Of a DNA stretch of 64,000 nt, positions 39,529-49,094 are shown one piece after another. Position 1 is the first letter of the stretch. Each line of letters opens with the position of its first letter. The position numbers were made by a program, and so were the translations under genes. This DNA comes from a virus (Duplodnaviria > Heunggongvirae > Uroviricota > Caudoviricetes), in IMG/VR virus record IMGVR_UViG_3300031998_000037; one strand, given 5' to 3'. The notes under the pieces are model-generated. The model was not told where the DNA came from and did no database searches. It saw nothing but the letters and a program-made list of their open reading frames with translations.

Positions 39529-40149
39529 TCATTTATAAGCTTTTCCATTAAAGAAATCATCGGCATTAATTTTGATACCGAGTTTATTGTTTTTATTAAA
39601 ATCTGCTATGCCGCGTTCGACAGCATGAATACCTTCAAAGTATGTCAAACGATATACACTTCTACCAATCATCGAAGCAAGGTTAGGGGACTCCCATCCA
39701 AGTTCCATCATCAAAGGAACAAAAGTCTCATGCTTTCCCTTTATAGGAATCCAACCTTCGGTGTATTCGTCAGCCCAATATACATTTGTAAGATTAGGAT
39801 GCATAGAAAGGTCGTTATTAAAAACCACCCCTATGCGTAAAGTATTTCCAACAACCCGAATAGCTGCAATATCCTCTGCAAATAAAGCACCCTGAAATCT
39901 ATATGTACGATCATAGACTTTAGGATTATAGCTCTTATAATACTCATCTATATATTTCTGAATGCAGTCATAAAGCCTTCGGGCTTCGTTTGCCATTGTT
40001 TCAGCAAGCGTTTCACCGTTTGAAAGTTTAACCCTCTTCAGGGCTATCTTGCTTAGTTGTTCTCTTAGACTTTTTACCATTTTTATCACCGCCCTTATTC
40101 TTAGCGATGTTCTGGTCAATAACCTCCTTAACAAACGCCTTCTGGTCAA
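39529..40149 (-). CDS. tail assembly chaperone T-extension, presumably made as a G-T fusion by -1 frameshift
   Basis: overlaps the 3' 122 nt of the upstream ORF in the -1 frame; classic position before the TMP. Confidence 0.55.
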   Translation of the reverse strand: MTRRRLLRRLLTRTSLRIRAVIKMVKSLREQLSKIALKRVKLSNGETLAETMANEARRLYDCIQKYIDEYYKSYNPKVYDRTYRFQGALFAEDIAAIRVVGNTLRIGVVFNNDLSMHPNLTNVYWADEYTEGWIPIKGKHETFVPLMMELGWESPNLASMIGRSVYRLTYFEGIHAVERGIADFNKNNKLGIKINADDFFNGKAYK

Positions 40150-40630
40150 CCTTACTCAAAGCATCAAAAATTTCTTTAAGCTCATTAAAGTTACCTGAAT
40201 TACCAACCTTGATTATATCCGACAAATCAGAACATAGATTGTCAAATGCTGTAGGTCTTGTGGATATAACATATTCAACCTGTTTGTCTATGGCAAGATC
40301 AATCTCACCCCAAAGAGGAGACTTAGTTACCTCACGGTAAATATCCGCGTACCAGTTACCGCATTGAGTTGCAACAAATATATCTGCAATTTTATCTTCC
40401 TCAACCTCTATATCAGTCAGGTACTTTAAGATAGCAAAACGACTTGCAATCTCCCTGTTTTCAGCACGATACTCGCTACCCTGAAAGCACGATTTTGCGA
40501 CTGTCTGTACTATATTACCAAAAGTATCAATGTCAATACAAAGTTTTATTTCAACAGGCACTCCATTAATTCTTTTTGTCATAGACTTTATAGACGGATT
40601 TCTTTCAGTGATTTCGCTAAATGTACTCAT
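40028..40630 (-). CDS. tail assembly chaperone (G-like)
   Basis: 200 aa directly upstream of, and overlapping, the T ORF; A-rich candidate slip sites near its 3' end, none a perfect X_XXY_YYZ heptamer. Confidence 0.55.
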   Translation of the reverse strand: MSTFSEITERNPSIKSMTKRINGVPVEIKLCIDIDTFGNIVQTVAKSCFQGSEYRAENREIASRFAILKYLTDIEVEEDKIADIFVATQCGNWYADIYREVTKSPLWGEIDLAIDKQVEYVISTRPTAFDNLCSDLSDIIKVGNSGNFNELKEIFDALSKVDQKAFVKEVIDQNIAKNKGGDKNGKKSKRTTKQDSPEEG

Positions 40631-41178
40631 TGTTCATTCTCCTTTTCTTTAATACAGGCGTATGTGCCTATGGCTATTGCATCAGTTATATCGTCCTTTT
40701 TTATATCAAGACCATAGCGGTCATTCATTTTCTTCATAATATCTGCTTTGCGTTCTGGGCGCGATATCTTAAAACTATAATTGCCCAATGCGTTAATCCA
40801 TTTGTTTTCTTCAACTATCACATAGCGTATTTTCAGCTTATGACAAAGATGTGCGATAAATCCTTGAAGTCTTGCTAAACTACGAAACCCTGCAATATTA
40901 CGTGCAGCATATATCTCTTCAAAGTAAACCACATCTGGTTTTTCTTTTTGCAATATAGTTTCAAGAACATCAACTGTTTCGGTAATGCGCAGCAACGTTG
41001 TGCCGTAATCATCTTCCGTCATCTTAATTTCATAATGATGTGGGGAGTATTCAATAGTAGTGTAACCCACCTTTTTGCTAACCTTTGGTTCTATAAGCAT
41101 ATAATTTAAAAGTTCTTCATCATCAAAGACACTAACCCCTGTAGATGTAGAACTTTGATCTATTCCGATTATTCTCAT
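40627..41178 (-). CDS. RuvC-like Holliday junction resolvase
   Basis: 'MRIIGIDQSSTSTGVSVFDD' N-terminal catalytic Asp motif and acidic residues later. Confidence 0.5.
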   Translation of the reverse strand: MRIIGIDQSSTSTGVSVFDDEELLNYMLIEPKVSKKVGYTTIEYSPHHYEIKMTEDDYGTTLLRITETVDVLETILQKEKPDVVYFEEIYAARNIAGFRSLARLQGFIAHLCHKLKIRYVIVEENKWINALGNYSFKISRPERKADIMKKMNDRYGLDIKKDDITDAIAIGTYACIKEKENEQ

Positions 41179-41240
41179 TATTCCTCCTCATAAAATAAAA
41201 TAAGGGCAAGCCTGTTATTACAAATGACTTGCCCCTTTCT

Positions 41241-41561
41241 TTATTCAAATAATTTAGATTTAATATTCGTTTTCTTTGTGGTTTTAGTGGTCTTTTCTTT
41301 ATCTCCAATTATTTCACGGACTTGCTTTTCTATATGAGGGCGAAGCCATGAAAGATCATTTTCTGGGTAAACATCAAGATTAGCCAATGTTTCAACTGCA
41401 TCTTTTTGTTCCTTTACACCAGATTGAAATTCATTTATAGTTATGTAAATCTGATAACACTTAGGAGTGTCAGCTACATATCTCCACCCATTAGTCTGTC
41501 CGCAAGTAGGGCAATAGTCATGCTCCTTACCACAAACCCAACATTTTAACATTTTACTCAT
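41241..41561 (-). CDS. small zinc-ribbon protein
   Basis: 'CWVCGKEHDYCPTCG'. Confidence 0.35.
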   Translation of the reverse strand: MSKMLKCWVCGKEHDYCPTCGQTNGWRYVADTPKCYQIYITINEFQSGVKEQKDAVETLANLDVYPENDLSWLRPHIEKQVREIIGDKEKTTKTTKKTNIKSKLFE

Positions 41562-41563
41562 AA

Positions 41564-42418
41564 TTAGTTATTCCAAGTAAAGTCCTCATCAGCAACAGTA
41601 ATCTCGTAGAAGCTCTTATCAGTATCGCAGTAAGAGTATGCAAGATCAAGAGTTACACTAATAGTATCTTCAAGATTGAAACCTATTGTATTACCAGTTT
41701 CAGGTTTTGCATTCTTTGCGGTAATCCAAAGAGCACGAACCTTAGACTGGTCGCAAAGGTCTACTGCAAGAACAAGGAAACGAACCTTTGCAGCGTCAGG
41801 GAACTTATCAGCAGCATTAACAACCTTAACACCAGCAGTTACTTCATATTCATAAATAACTTCAACTCTTGTGCCAACGGCAAGGATTACGTCACCTGCT
41901 GCTGCACCAGATACATTATTAGTAGGGAGCATAACTTTAGTACCAGTTGCCTCATACTTAAATGTAGTCTTAGTTGTTTCTGAATCTTGTGCATAGTTAG
42001 TATCAAGTGAACCGTCTGTAGTAAGCACATGGAAAGAAATTTTAGCACTTGCACCGCCAGTAGGTGTCTTTGTCAATGTTACATACTTATTTGTATTTAC
42101 ATCAGTAGAGTTAAGAGTAAATCTTTCAATATAAGGTACTTTGATTGTAGAAAGAGTTGTTGCATCAATTCTTTCAGTACCATTAAGTGCAGCAATAAGT
42201 GAAAGATCAAGAACAGATGAGTCAAAGCTTATCTGACAGGACTTATTTCTATCAATTGAGAAGATAGTTGAACCGTTAGCATCTTGCTTTTCGGTTGTCT
42301 CTCCGTCCTGTGTAATCTGGAGATTTTCAACCTGTGAACACATCCACTTGATTTCTTCCGAACTATCAAATGCCCATGCGCCTATAATCTGCTTAATAGC
42401 AATAGAATTTATAGCCAT
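41564..42418 (-). CDS. putative major tail protein
   Basis: 284 aa, upstream of chaperones/TMP; T/S-rich beta-type composition. Confidence 0.45.
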   Translation of the reverse strand: MAINSIAIKQIIGAWAFDSSEEIKWMCSQVENLQITQDGETTEKQDANGSTIFSIDRNKSCQISFDSSVLDLSLIAALNGTERIDATTLSTIKVPYIERFTLNSTDVNTNKYVTLTKTPTGGASAKISFHVLTTDGSLDTNYAQDSETTKTTFKYEATGTKVMLPTNNVSGAAAGDVILAVGTRVEVIYEYEVTAGVKVVNAADKFPDAAKVRFLVLAVDLCDQSKVRALWITAKNAKPETGNTIGFNLEDTISVTLDLAYSYCDTDKSFYEITVADEDFTWNN

Positions 42419-42434
42419 ATACTACCACCTTTCT

Positions 42435-43175
42435 TTATAATGTTTTTGTTTTTATTGGTCGCATCCAATCTAAATCTGATTTATGTATATTCTTTATGGA
42501 GACAGTGCCAGCATAAAGACCACGATAAAGATTGTTTGCATTTTGCTTATAGCCCATACGTAAGATAGCATCAAAGAACTGACCTACCCGTAGACTAAAT
42601 ACTTTGTCATAATCGTGCCATTCACAAGCAAGCGAGGATATTAGTGATGCGTAATGCGAGTTGTCACCAAACAACTCTTTCTTGCGTTGTGCTCTATCAA
42701 TTTCCTTTTTCTGTTGTCTTATCATTAAATCATGCGTAAACTTATTTTCGCATGACGTTAATATATTTTTAGGTAAACAGTGCATACGCCGCACATTATC
42801 TGCTATTCTTTCACGAGTCATTGAGTCTATAATAACTCCTTGTTGATTTATCATTATAAGTTCATCGCCCTTTATTACAACTTTAAACTTTGTAAAGTCA
42901 AGATCACCAAACAAGAGTCTTGAAGTTGACTGAGGTATTCCCGAAACTAATATACAAAATAATTCAAAAGGTTTAATTTCTTCAAAATCAATACCCATCT
43001 GGTCAAGATAATACGGCATATCAAAAGGTTCAGATGTTAATGCACTTACCAAACTTAAATATTCGCCCTCGCCAAACTGAGCTATTTCAGATATCGTTGG
43101 TTGACGTAGAGTTATGCCAACCCCAATATCAAATGGTTGCCCTGTAAGTAATCGAATTTCATCTACAGCAAACAT
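42435..43175 (-). CDS. hypothetical structural (head-tail joining region) protein
   Basis: position. Confidence 0.3.
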   Translation of the reverse strand: MFAVDEIRLLTGQPFDIGVGITLRQPTISEIAQFGEGEYLSLVSALTSEPFDMPYYLDQMGIDFEEIKPFELFCILVSGIPQSTSRLLFGDLDFTKFKVVIKGDELIMINQQGVIIDSMTRERIADNVRRMHCLPKNILTSCENKFTHDLMIRQQKKEIDRAQRKKELFGDNSHYASLISSLACEWHDYDKVFSLRVGQFFDAILRMGYKQNANNLYRGLYAGTVSIKNIHKSDLDWMRPIKTKTL

Positions 43176-43179
43176 TCAA

Positions 43180-43671
43180 TCACCCACAAACTCCGTTTAT
43201 ATCCACCGCCTCAAATATCAGTTGTCTAAATCTGTATGTTGTGTTTACACTTCCAGCGATATCGGACTTTAATAATAAAGTTCCTACGCCAAAATCTTGT
43301 CTGCCTTGATACTTGTCCTCTATAAGCTCTGCAAGATAATCCATGCGAGTACCACTTTCACCAACTAAATTCATACGCATATCCTCTTGATGAGTCAATA
43401 CATAAAATATAATAGTAGGGTGTACCCATATCGGACTTTCAGTTGTACCATAACGCAATCTACGTTCTGGGATATCAATTTCAACAAGTATATACGTCTT
43501 GACATCTTCTTCGGTTTGTGGAATATAATAGTGTGGATATAGTCTTACCCACACCAAATCGTCAGGAGACTCGTCGGGATTAAGACCAAGTGCATTTACA
43601 ATAATATCGTCTTGTGAAAGCTCAGACATTATCTTATCTTTCCATTGACGTATACAATCACTTTTTGCCAT
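43180..43671 (-). CDS. putative tail terminator/completion protein
   Basis: position and size. Confidence 0.3.
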   Translation of the reverse strand: MAKSDCIRQWKDKIMSELSQDDIIVNALGLNPDESPDDLVWVRLYPHYYIPQTEEDVKTYILVEIDIPERRLRYGTTESPIWVHPTIIFYVLTHQEDMRMNLVGESGTRMDYLAELIEDKYQGRQDFGVGTLLLKSDIAGSVNTTYRFRQLIFEAVDINGVCG

Positions 43672-43683
43672 CCTGACACCTCC

Positions 43684-44670
43684 TTATACTGCACCTATAA
43701 TATTGACAAGCAACTCACTACTTTGTCCGCCGCCAGTCGCTACGACTTTAAAGCTTGCACCGACCATTGCTGGCTCATTTGCACATTTGACTACACACTT
43801 ATTTCCAGTCTGCGTCTTTGTTATCTTGCCTTCCCACATCGCAGCATACACTAAAGTAAACACTAAGTCGTCTGCTTCTGTCGCTGCTGTAAAGGTCTTA
43901 CGTCCGCCTATTCTAATTTCGGGACTGCCAGCATATGTTATGAGGATGGGGGATGTAGGCTGAGGAACGCTGTTAGGATCAACATAGTCACATAACATTA
44001 AGTCAGGTCTGTCAACATCAGGATTATATTCTGTTTCGGTCAAAATCAAAAGTATGCAACCCTTACCGTCGTATCTCGGTTCAGCAACGCCGTCATAACC
44101 CATAGTTACAGTATCAACACGGGTTACATCATAGCACTTAGGGCTTGTGGTATTGAAGTCAACCATCAATCTCATATTAGCTCTAAGTTGTAACGTGTCA
44201 GTATCAATGGGCAAATAAACCATTAATTGGTTAGAGCCGACAACAATAATGTTGTTATATTTTTCACCATTGTTATACTTTGATGCTGAAAGGATTACAG
44301 ACCATCGTTCAATGGTAGTAGCATTTTTATCTTGCCATTTGAGAACGTAATTACATTGTTGCATTTTGCCGTATGTATATACTTCCTTATCCCAGTCGCA
44401 CGAAACGACAATCCACATACTATCAGCATATTCAACATAATTGCCAGCCTCAAAATATTCATCGGGTAAGCTTTTGACCTCTTTATAGTAAGGGAGTGTA
44501 CCATCGTCTATAATTAGAAGCTGATCCACTCCATTAACCTTACAGCTTTTGCAACTGAGGGAGTTTACAGCAAGTTCTTTAACATATTGTTTCTCATAAA
44601 ACAAGGTGCGATCTCTCATAGTGTTTCCACGTTGATGCACCCTTGCTTTATATAAATCAAAGGTTGCCAT
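43684..44670 (-). CDS. hypothetical structural protein
   Basis: position. Confidence 0.3.
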   Translation of the reverse strand: MATFDLYKARVHQRGNTMRDRTLFYEKQYVKELAVNSLSCKSCKVNGVDQLLIIDDGTLPYYKEVKSLPDEYFEAGNYVEYADSMWIVVSCDWDKEVYTYGKMQQCNYVLKWQDKNATTIERWSVILSASKYNNGEKYNNIIVVGSNQLMVYLPIDTDTLQLRANMRLMVDFNTTSPKCYDVTRVDTVTMGYDGVAEPRYDGKGCILLILTETEYNPDVDRPDLMLCDYVDPNSVPQPTSPILITYAGSPEIRIGGRKTFTAATEADDLVFTLVYAAMWEGKITKTQTGNKCVVKCANEPAMVGASFKVVATGGGQSSELLVNIIGAV

Positions 44671-44671
44671 A

Positions 44672-44992
44672 TTATCCCTCCTTTACAATATCTTTATTTA
44701 TTCTTTCAATAAGGTGTATAGCCTTAAATACTTCACGCTTGCAAGTAGATATATCATATTCTTCCGAGGACAGATATTTAACGATATGTATTACTGCTAC
44801 AAACTGAGAATTGTCATTTAAAATATCCCATAATTTATAACAACCTATAAGTTCATTTTCCAAGCTAAGAAGATAAGATGTAAGTGTTTCGCACTGTTCT
44901 TCACGCATTGGTAAAATCTTATACACCTTATTTATCAAATTTCGCAAATAGCTTTTCAACGCCCTATATGGCAGTCTGCATTCATTGCTCAT
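44672..44992 (-). CDS. hypothetical protein
   Basis: ORF. Confidence 0.3.
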   Translation of the reverse strand: MSNECRLPYRALKSYLRNLINKVYKILPMREEQCETLTSYLLSLENELIGCYKLWDILNDNSQFVAVIHIVKYLSSEEYDISTCKREVFKAIHLIERINKDIVKEG

Positions 44993-45414
44993 TTCAATTC
45001 TCCTATATTGTTATATCTGTAAGAATATTCATTTATCATTGAACGTGCTCTTTTATGAGCCGCCTCATACGATTCACGATTTTCTTTGTGCAGATTAGCA
45101 GGGGAGAATGTTGTAAAATCTTTTGTGCTAAGTTGATTTCGCAAAAGCTCATTAAAGTTGACGCGCGGTTTGAACCACGCCTCAACCATAAGCTCCGCTA
45201 AAATTTCAATCTCATAATCGGTAAGGTCATCTTCCCAACCTGTAGATGTAACCACAGATAAATCTTTTTTACAAGACTCACTAAAGATTACAACACCATA
45301 TTTGAGCAAGTCAGATAAAACGCTATTTGCTTCTTCTTGTGTCATATCTGATAAATCGGTATCAGTTACTTTACCCAGAAAGCAATTATATACAGCGTCA
45401 AATTCTGTTGCCAT
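44989..45414 (-). CDS. putative head-tail connector/adaptor
   Basis: position and size. Confidence 0.3.
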   Translation of the reverse strand: MATEFDAVYNCFLGKVTDTDLSDMTQEEANSVLSDLLKYGVVIFSESCKKDLSVVTSTGWEDDLTDYEIEILAELMVEAWFKPRVNFNELLRNQLSTKDFTTFSPANLHKENRESYEAAHKRARSMINEYSYRYNNIGELK

Positions 45415-45416
45415 GA

Positions 45417-45890
45417 TTACACCTCATCAAAATCAATATCAAGCATTTTTTCAAGTGCGGCGACCTTTGTCTTGGAATCCATACGCGGATCGCCGTCCTG
45501 ATACAATCTCTTAGCATAAGAAGCAAAAGTTTCACGATAATCCGTACTCATTCCTTTAAGATAGTCAGCAATCTCTTTGGGCTTCATTGATATAAGAACA
45601 CTTACATCCTTAAATTTATCAGCATCGGGATAATATTCTTTTACGCCAAGTGCAGTATAAAGTTGCGCAGCAGTATATTCTTTTGTAGGTTCAAGAACAA
45701 TCCAGTTCCTTTCAAAAGTTTTTCTGCCATACTTTCTGATATCCTTTATGCCACTCCACGGCATCTCAACAATGTCACCTATGCCATACCATGTTTCGTT
45801 CCAACCATTGTCGTTGAATGAAAGTGTACCATCGAAATTTGACTTTACAGGAACAATATAATTATCGTCTATCATAACTCTTTCTTCCAT
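45417..45890 (-). CDS. hypothetical head-associated protein
   Basis: position. Confidence 0.3.
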   Translation of the reverse strand: MEERVMIDDNYIVPVKSNFDGTLSFNDNGWNETWYGIGDIVEMPWSGIKDIRKYGRKTFERNWIVLEPTKEYTAAQLYTALGVKEYYPDADKFKDVSVLISMKPKEIADYLKGMSTDYRETFASYAKRLYQDGDPRMDSKTKVAALEKMLDIDFDEV

Positions 45891-45917
45891 TTGTTTTACT
45901 CCTTTTATTCATATAAA

Positions 45918-46895
45918 TTAAAGCTGATAAATACCAACCTTGCCAGCCATTACAACTGATACACCATATGTGCGCTCAACCTGAAGCTCTTGTGTCTTGT
46001 CAGCAGTCTCAGTAAAGTTGTGTGCGATTGTAAGTGTATCGCCTTCATCAAACATCTTGATGAACTTTTCATCAGAACCGATTACAAAGAGCTTGTCTGT
46101 AGGTACATTCTTGCCTGAGATACGGAATGTATCATAACCGTTGAACTTGCCCATATAACCGAAGTTATAATAGTCGTCCTTTACCTTTTCACCAGCCATT
46201 CCGCTTGTGGTCATGTTAAGACCGCGAAGTGCCTGAAGTGAACCAAATATCTTAGGTGTATTACCATCATTCTCAACAGTTGTAAGAAGGTCAATCATAT
46301 CCTTTTCGCTAAGTGCCTGACCAGCGATACCCTTTGAGTAATCTGCACCAGAAGAAGGAATGTTAGCAAATGCAGAAGCAACGGCATTAAATCTGTCGTT
46401 GTCAAATGACTTACCAACCTTCTCAACAAACTTAGCCCAGTTAAGTCTACCAGCAGCAAGTCTAACCATTTCTTCATAAATCTTGATTGCCTTTGTTGTT
46501 GTTTCAACAGAGATTTCTCTGCCCAGCATACGCTGTCTGTGTACACCCTGAGTACCATGTGTTATAACATCAACATGAAGCAGATCGTTACCCTCTACAA
46601 TAAACTTGTTCTTGTCGCCAAGTGCAGCTGACTTAAACTCAACAAAATTCCAAACTTCTGAATTTTCGTTTGCTGACAGGTCAATAGCCACATCAATGAT
46701 CTCATTGATTATCTCAAAGTCAACCTTGTTATAAGCAATTGCATTTCTAATTGCTTTGCCGTCTGTCAGGCTAATGCCATTAAATGCTTTATTAAGAGCG
46801 TTGCGAATCATATCTTCGCCAGTTTCGCCGTTTTCAAACTTTACATCAACGCCATTGTAAACGTCAATTGCAAGCTGTCTTAATTCCTTACTCAT
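45918..46895 (-). CDS. putative major capsid protein
   Basis: 325 aa, downstream of the portal/scaffold genes. Confidence 0.45.
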   Translation of the reverse strand: MSKELRQLAIDVYNGVDVKFENGETGEDMIRNALNKAFNGISLTDGKAIRNAIAYNKVDFEIINEIIDVAIDLSANENSEVWNFVEFKSAALGDKNKFIVEGNDLLHVDVITHGTQGVHRQRMLGREISVETTTKAIKIYEEMVRLAAGRLNWAKFVEKVGKSFDNDRFNAVASAFANIPSSGADYSKGIAGQALSEKDMIDLLTTVENDGNTPKIFGSLQALRGLNMTTSGMAGEKVKDDYYNFGYMGKFNGYDTFRISGKNVPTDKLFVIGSDEKFIKMFDEGDTLTIAHNFTETADKTQELQVERTYGVSVVMAGKVGIYQL

Positions 46896-46918
46896 ATTAT
46901 TACCTCACTTTCCTAAAA

Positions 46919-47395
46919 TTAAAGAACCTGAAATCTGTAGAATGTTACGCCATCCTGTACATCAGAACCAAGATATGTAGCAAATGCCTTTGTAGAGGAG
47001 CTTGATACTGTCCACTGAGCTGTGCCAGCGGCAATATACTTATCGTTTGCGTCAGGAGTTGCAGAAAGAACTTCAGATGTTACTGAGAAAATATCATACT
47101 TTTCCATAGCAACTGCTCTGCCGATTGCACCACTTGCATTTGTGAAATCACTAAGAGTATACTTCTCATAATCAAGTTCAGGGGTTGTTACTACCCATAC
47201 ATCAGCAGCATTTGCGCCTGTTGCAGCGGCTGTTGTGAATACCTCTCTTTCACCAGCATACTTGCCAGTTGAAGCAAGTGCGCCAAGAGTAATTGGTGCT
47301 CCGTTATCTATATTTGCATAAGTCTGAATTGTTCTGATCTTTGCAGGATCATGTGTATAAGTGCAATTATCACTTCTAAAAATTCCGTGTGCCAT
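46919..47395 (-). CDS. putative head decoration/Ig-like protein
   Basis: position between scaffold and capsid genes; Ala/Thr-rich. Confidence 0.3.
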   Translation of the reverse strand: MAHGIFRSDNCTYTHDPAKIRTIQTYANIDNGAPITLGALASTGKYAGEREVFTTAAATGANAADVWVVTTPELDYEKYTLSDFTNASGAIGRAVAMEKYDIFSVTSEVLSATPDANDKYIAAGTAQWTVSSSSTKAFATYLGSDVQDGVTFYRFQVL

Positions 47396-47414
47396 ACCTT
47401 TACCTTCCTTTCAT

Positions 47415-48851
47415 TTATTTGGTTTTGTAAGTTTCATATACTTCGCCGTAGCGATTTACTGTTTGTTCAAATGTGTTGTCAAGTGCAAATGTGATTGTAG
47501 GCTCTACTTCAGGCTCTACAGGTTCATCGTTTGATACGTTCATTGCGAACTTACCAACAAGAATAAGACATTCTCTTTCAAGTTCCTCAATGCTATATTC
47601 GCCTGACTTTGATTTAAGCTCTAAATATTCTTGCATTGTTCCAATGCGCGAATTATATTTTGAGAATACCTCGTTTTCAGCTTTTTCTCTTTCGGCTTTT
47701 TCAGCCGCAAGTTTGTAAGGACGGAGTGTCTCCACTTCATTCTTAACTTCCTCATAGTTGTCTCTTGCTTCTTCTAAAGATGATGCTTCATCAAGTGTAA
47801 GCCACATAAGTCTCATTTCTTCAAATTCTGTATTGATAGCCACATTGTTGTCAACGAAACCATAACCAAATCTGCCATACTGTCTTGTCATATTGCCGTC
47901 ATTGTAGGTATAAGTATACTTTTCAACATAAGCAAAGCTATCATCAAAATCTGAAAGATAAAACCAAGTGTCGGTTTCGTTTGTTACCAAACCCATTGCC
48001 TTTACAGCCGAACCTATCTTATCCCACTTTTCATTAGCTGTAAGCTGAAATTCTGAAACCGTTAGCTCAGGTTCAGGATCAGCAGGTGTTTCAACAATAG
48101 GCTCTGTCTGCTCAATAGTTTCATCTGTAAATTCTGTTGTTACAGGCTCAGTTATTTCTTTGTTGTTATCCAATTCTCCACCCTCTTTCTGTAAATTAAA
48201 GCATTCGTTCATAGCGGTTTTTAACTCTTCAAGTTTAGCTGTAAAGTCATCAGCACTAAAATTGATCGGCTCAACATGAGCAGATATAAAACAAGGTTCT
48301 ACATTTTCCTCTGGCTTATCTGACTTATTGAGTAAACAAAGTGCATCAAACGAAAAGTCAAGCAATTCAACAAAGTTTGAATCTTCTTCTAAAACGCGGT
48401 ATTGCGAAACATTAAGCTCCATAGACTGATTGAAATAGATTTCATCTGAATATATTGCCTCTTTCAATTCAGGATAACGCCCTGTCCAAAGAACAGCATT
48501 TGCAGTTAAATACTCAACTTCAGTGCCGTATTCATTAACTGTTTCCCAATCAAAAGAGTTTTCCATTACCACGCCAAAAGGAACGCAAAGTGAAACAAAT
48601 TTGTAATTATCATCAAGAACAACATCATGTCCGCCTAAGCGATAATTGCCTTCTTCATCTTTAAATAGATGTCCAACTACTGGTGCATAGTTTAAAGAAT
48701 TTAAGTTTGCTTCAACTCTGTCTTTCCCGATATATGACATATTTCGATTTTTACCACAAGCCATTACATAAACCTTTGTCAGAGTAAACTCGCTATTAAG
48801 TTCCTTTATTACAGAAAACTTTGTGCAAGCATTTACGTTAAATTTCTCCAT
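47415..48851 (-). CDS. putative scaffolding protein (acidic C-terminal half)
   Basis: 478 aa between portal and capsid genes; Glu-rich helical C-terminal segments. Confidence 0.35.
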   Translation of the reverse strand: MEKFNVNACTKFSVIKELNSEFTLTKVYVMACGKNRNMSYIGKDRVEANLNSLNYAPVVGHLFKDEEGNYRLGGHDVVLDDNYKFVSLCVPFGVVMENSFDWETVNEYGTEVEYLTANAVLWTGRYPELKEAIYSDEIYFNQSMELNVSQYRVLEEDSNFVELLDFSFDALCLLNKSDKPEENVEPCFISAHVEPINFSADDFTAKLEELKTAMNECFNLQKEGGELDNNKEITEPVTTEFTDETIEQTEPIVETPADPEPELTVSEFQLTANEKWDKIGSAVKAMGLVTNETDTWFYLSDFDDSFAYVEKYTYTYNDGNMTRQYGRFGYGFVDNNVAINTEFEEMRLMWLTLDEASSLEEARDNYEEVKNEVETLRPYKLAAEKAEREKAENEVFSKYNSRIGTMQEYLELKSKSGEYSIEELERECLILVGKFAMNVSNDEPVEPEVEPTITFALDNTFEQTVNRYGEVYETYKTK

Positions 48852-48886
48852 TTGCCTTACCTCCTTTCTTATGATTTCTCAAAAAC

Positions 48887-49093
48887 TCAGAAGAACAGAC
48901 GATTACTTTTTATGTAATACCATTCCTCGTCACTATAACGTTGAGAAAGATATTTCTGAAGCTCGTCTGTATCGGCAAAGGCGTAAACAGTCTTGCCATT
49001 GATTTCTGTTTTAGTATAAGTAAAGCCTAAAGCTAACAGTTCTTCCTGTGCTTTAGGCTCAACTACCTTTATAAAATTAGTCACAACTCCCAC
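48887..49093 (-). CDS. hypothetical small protein
   Basis: ORF. Confidence 0.3.
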   Translation of the reverse strand: MGVVTNFIKVVEPKAQEELLALGFTYTKTEINGKTVYAFADTDELQKYLSQRYSDEEWYYIKSNRLFF

Positions 49094-49094
49094 C

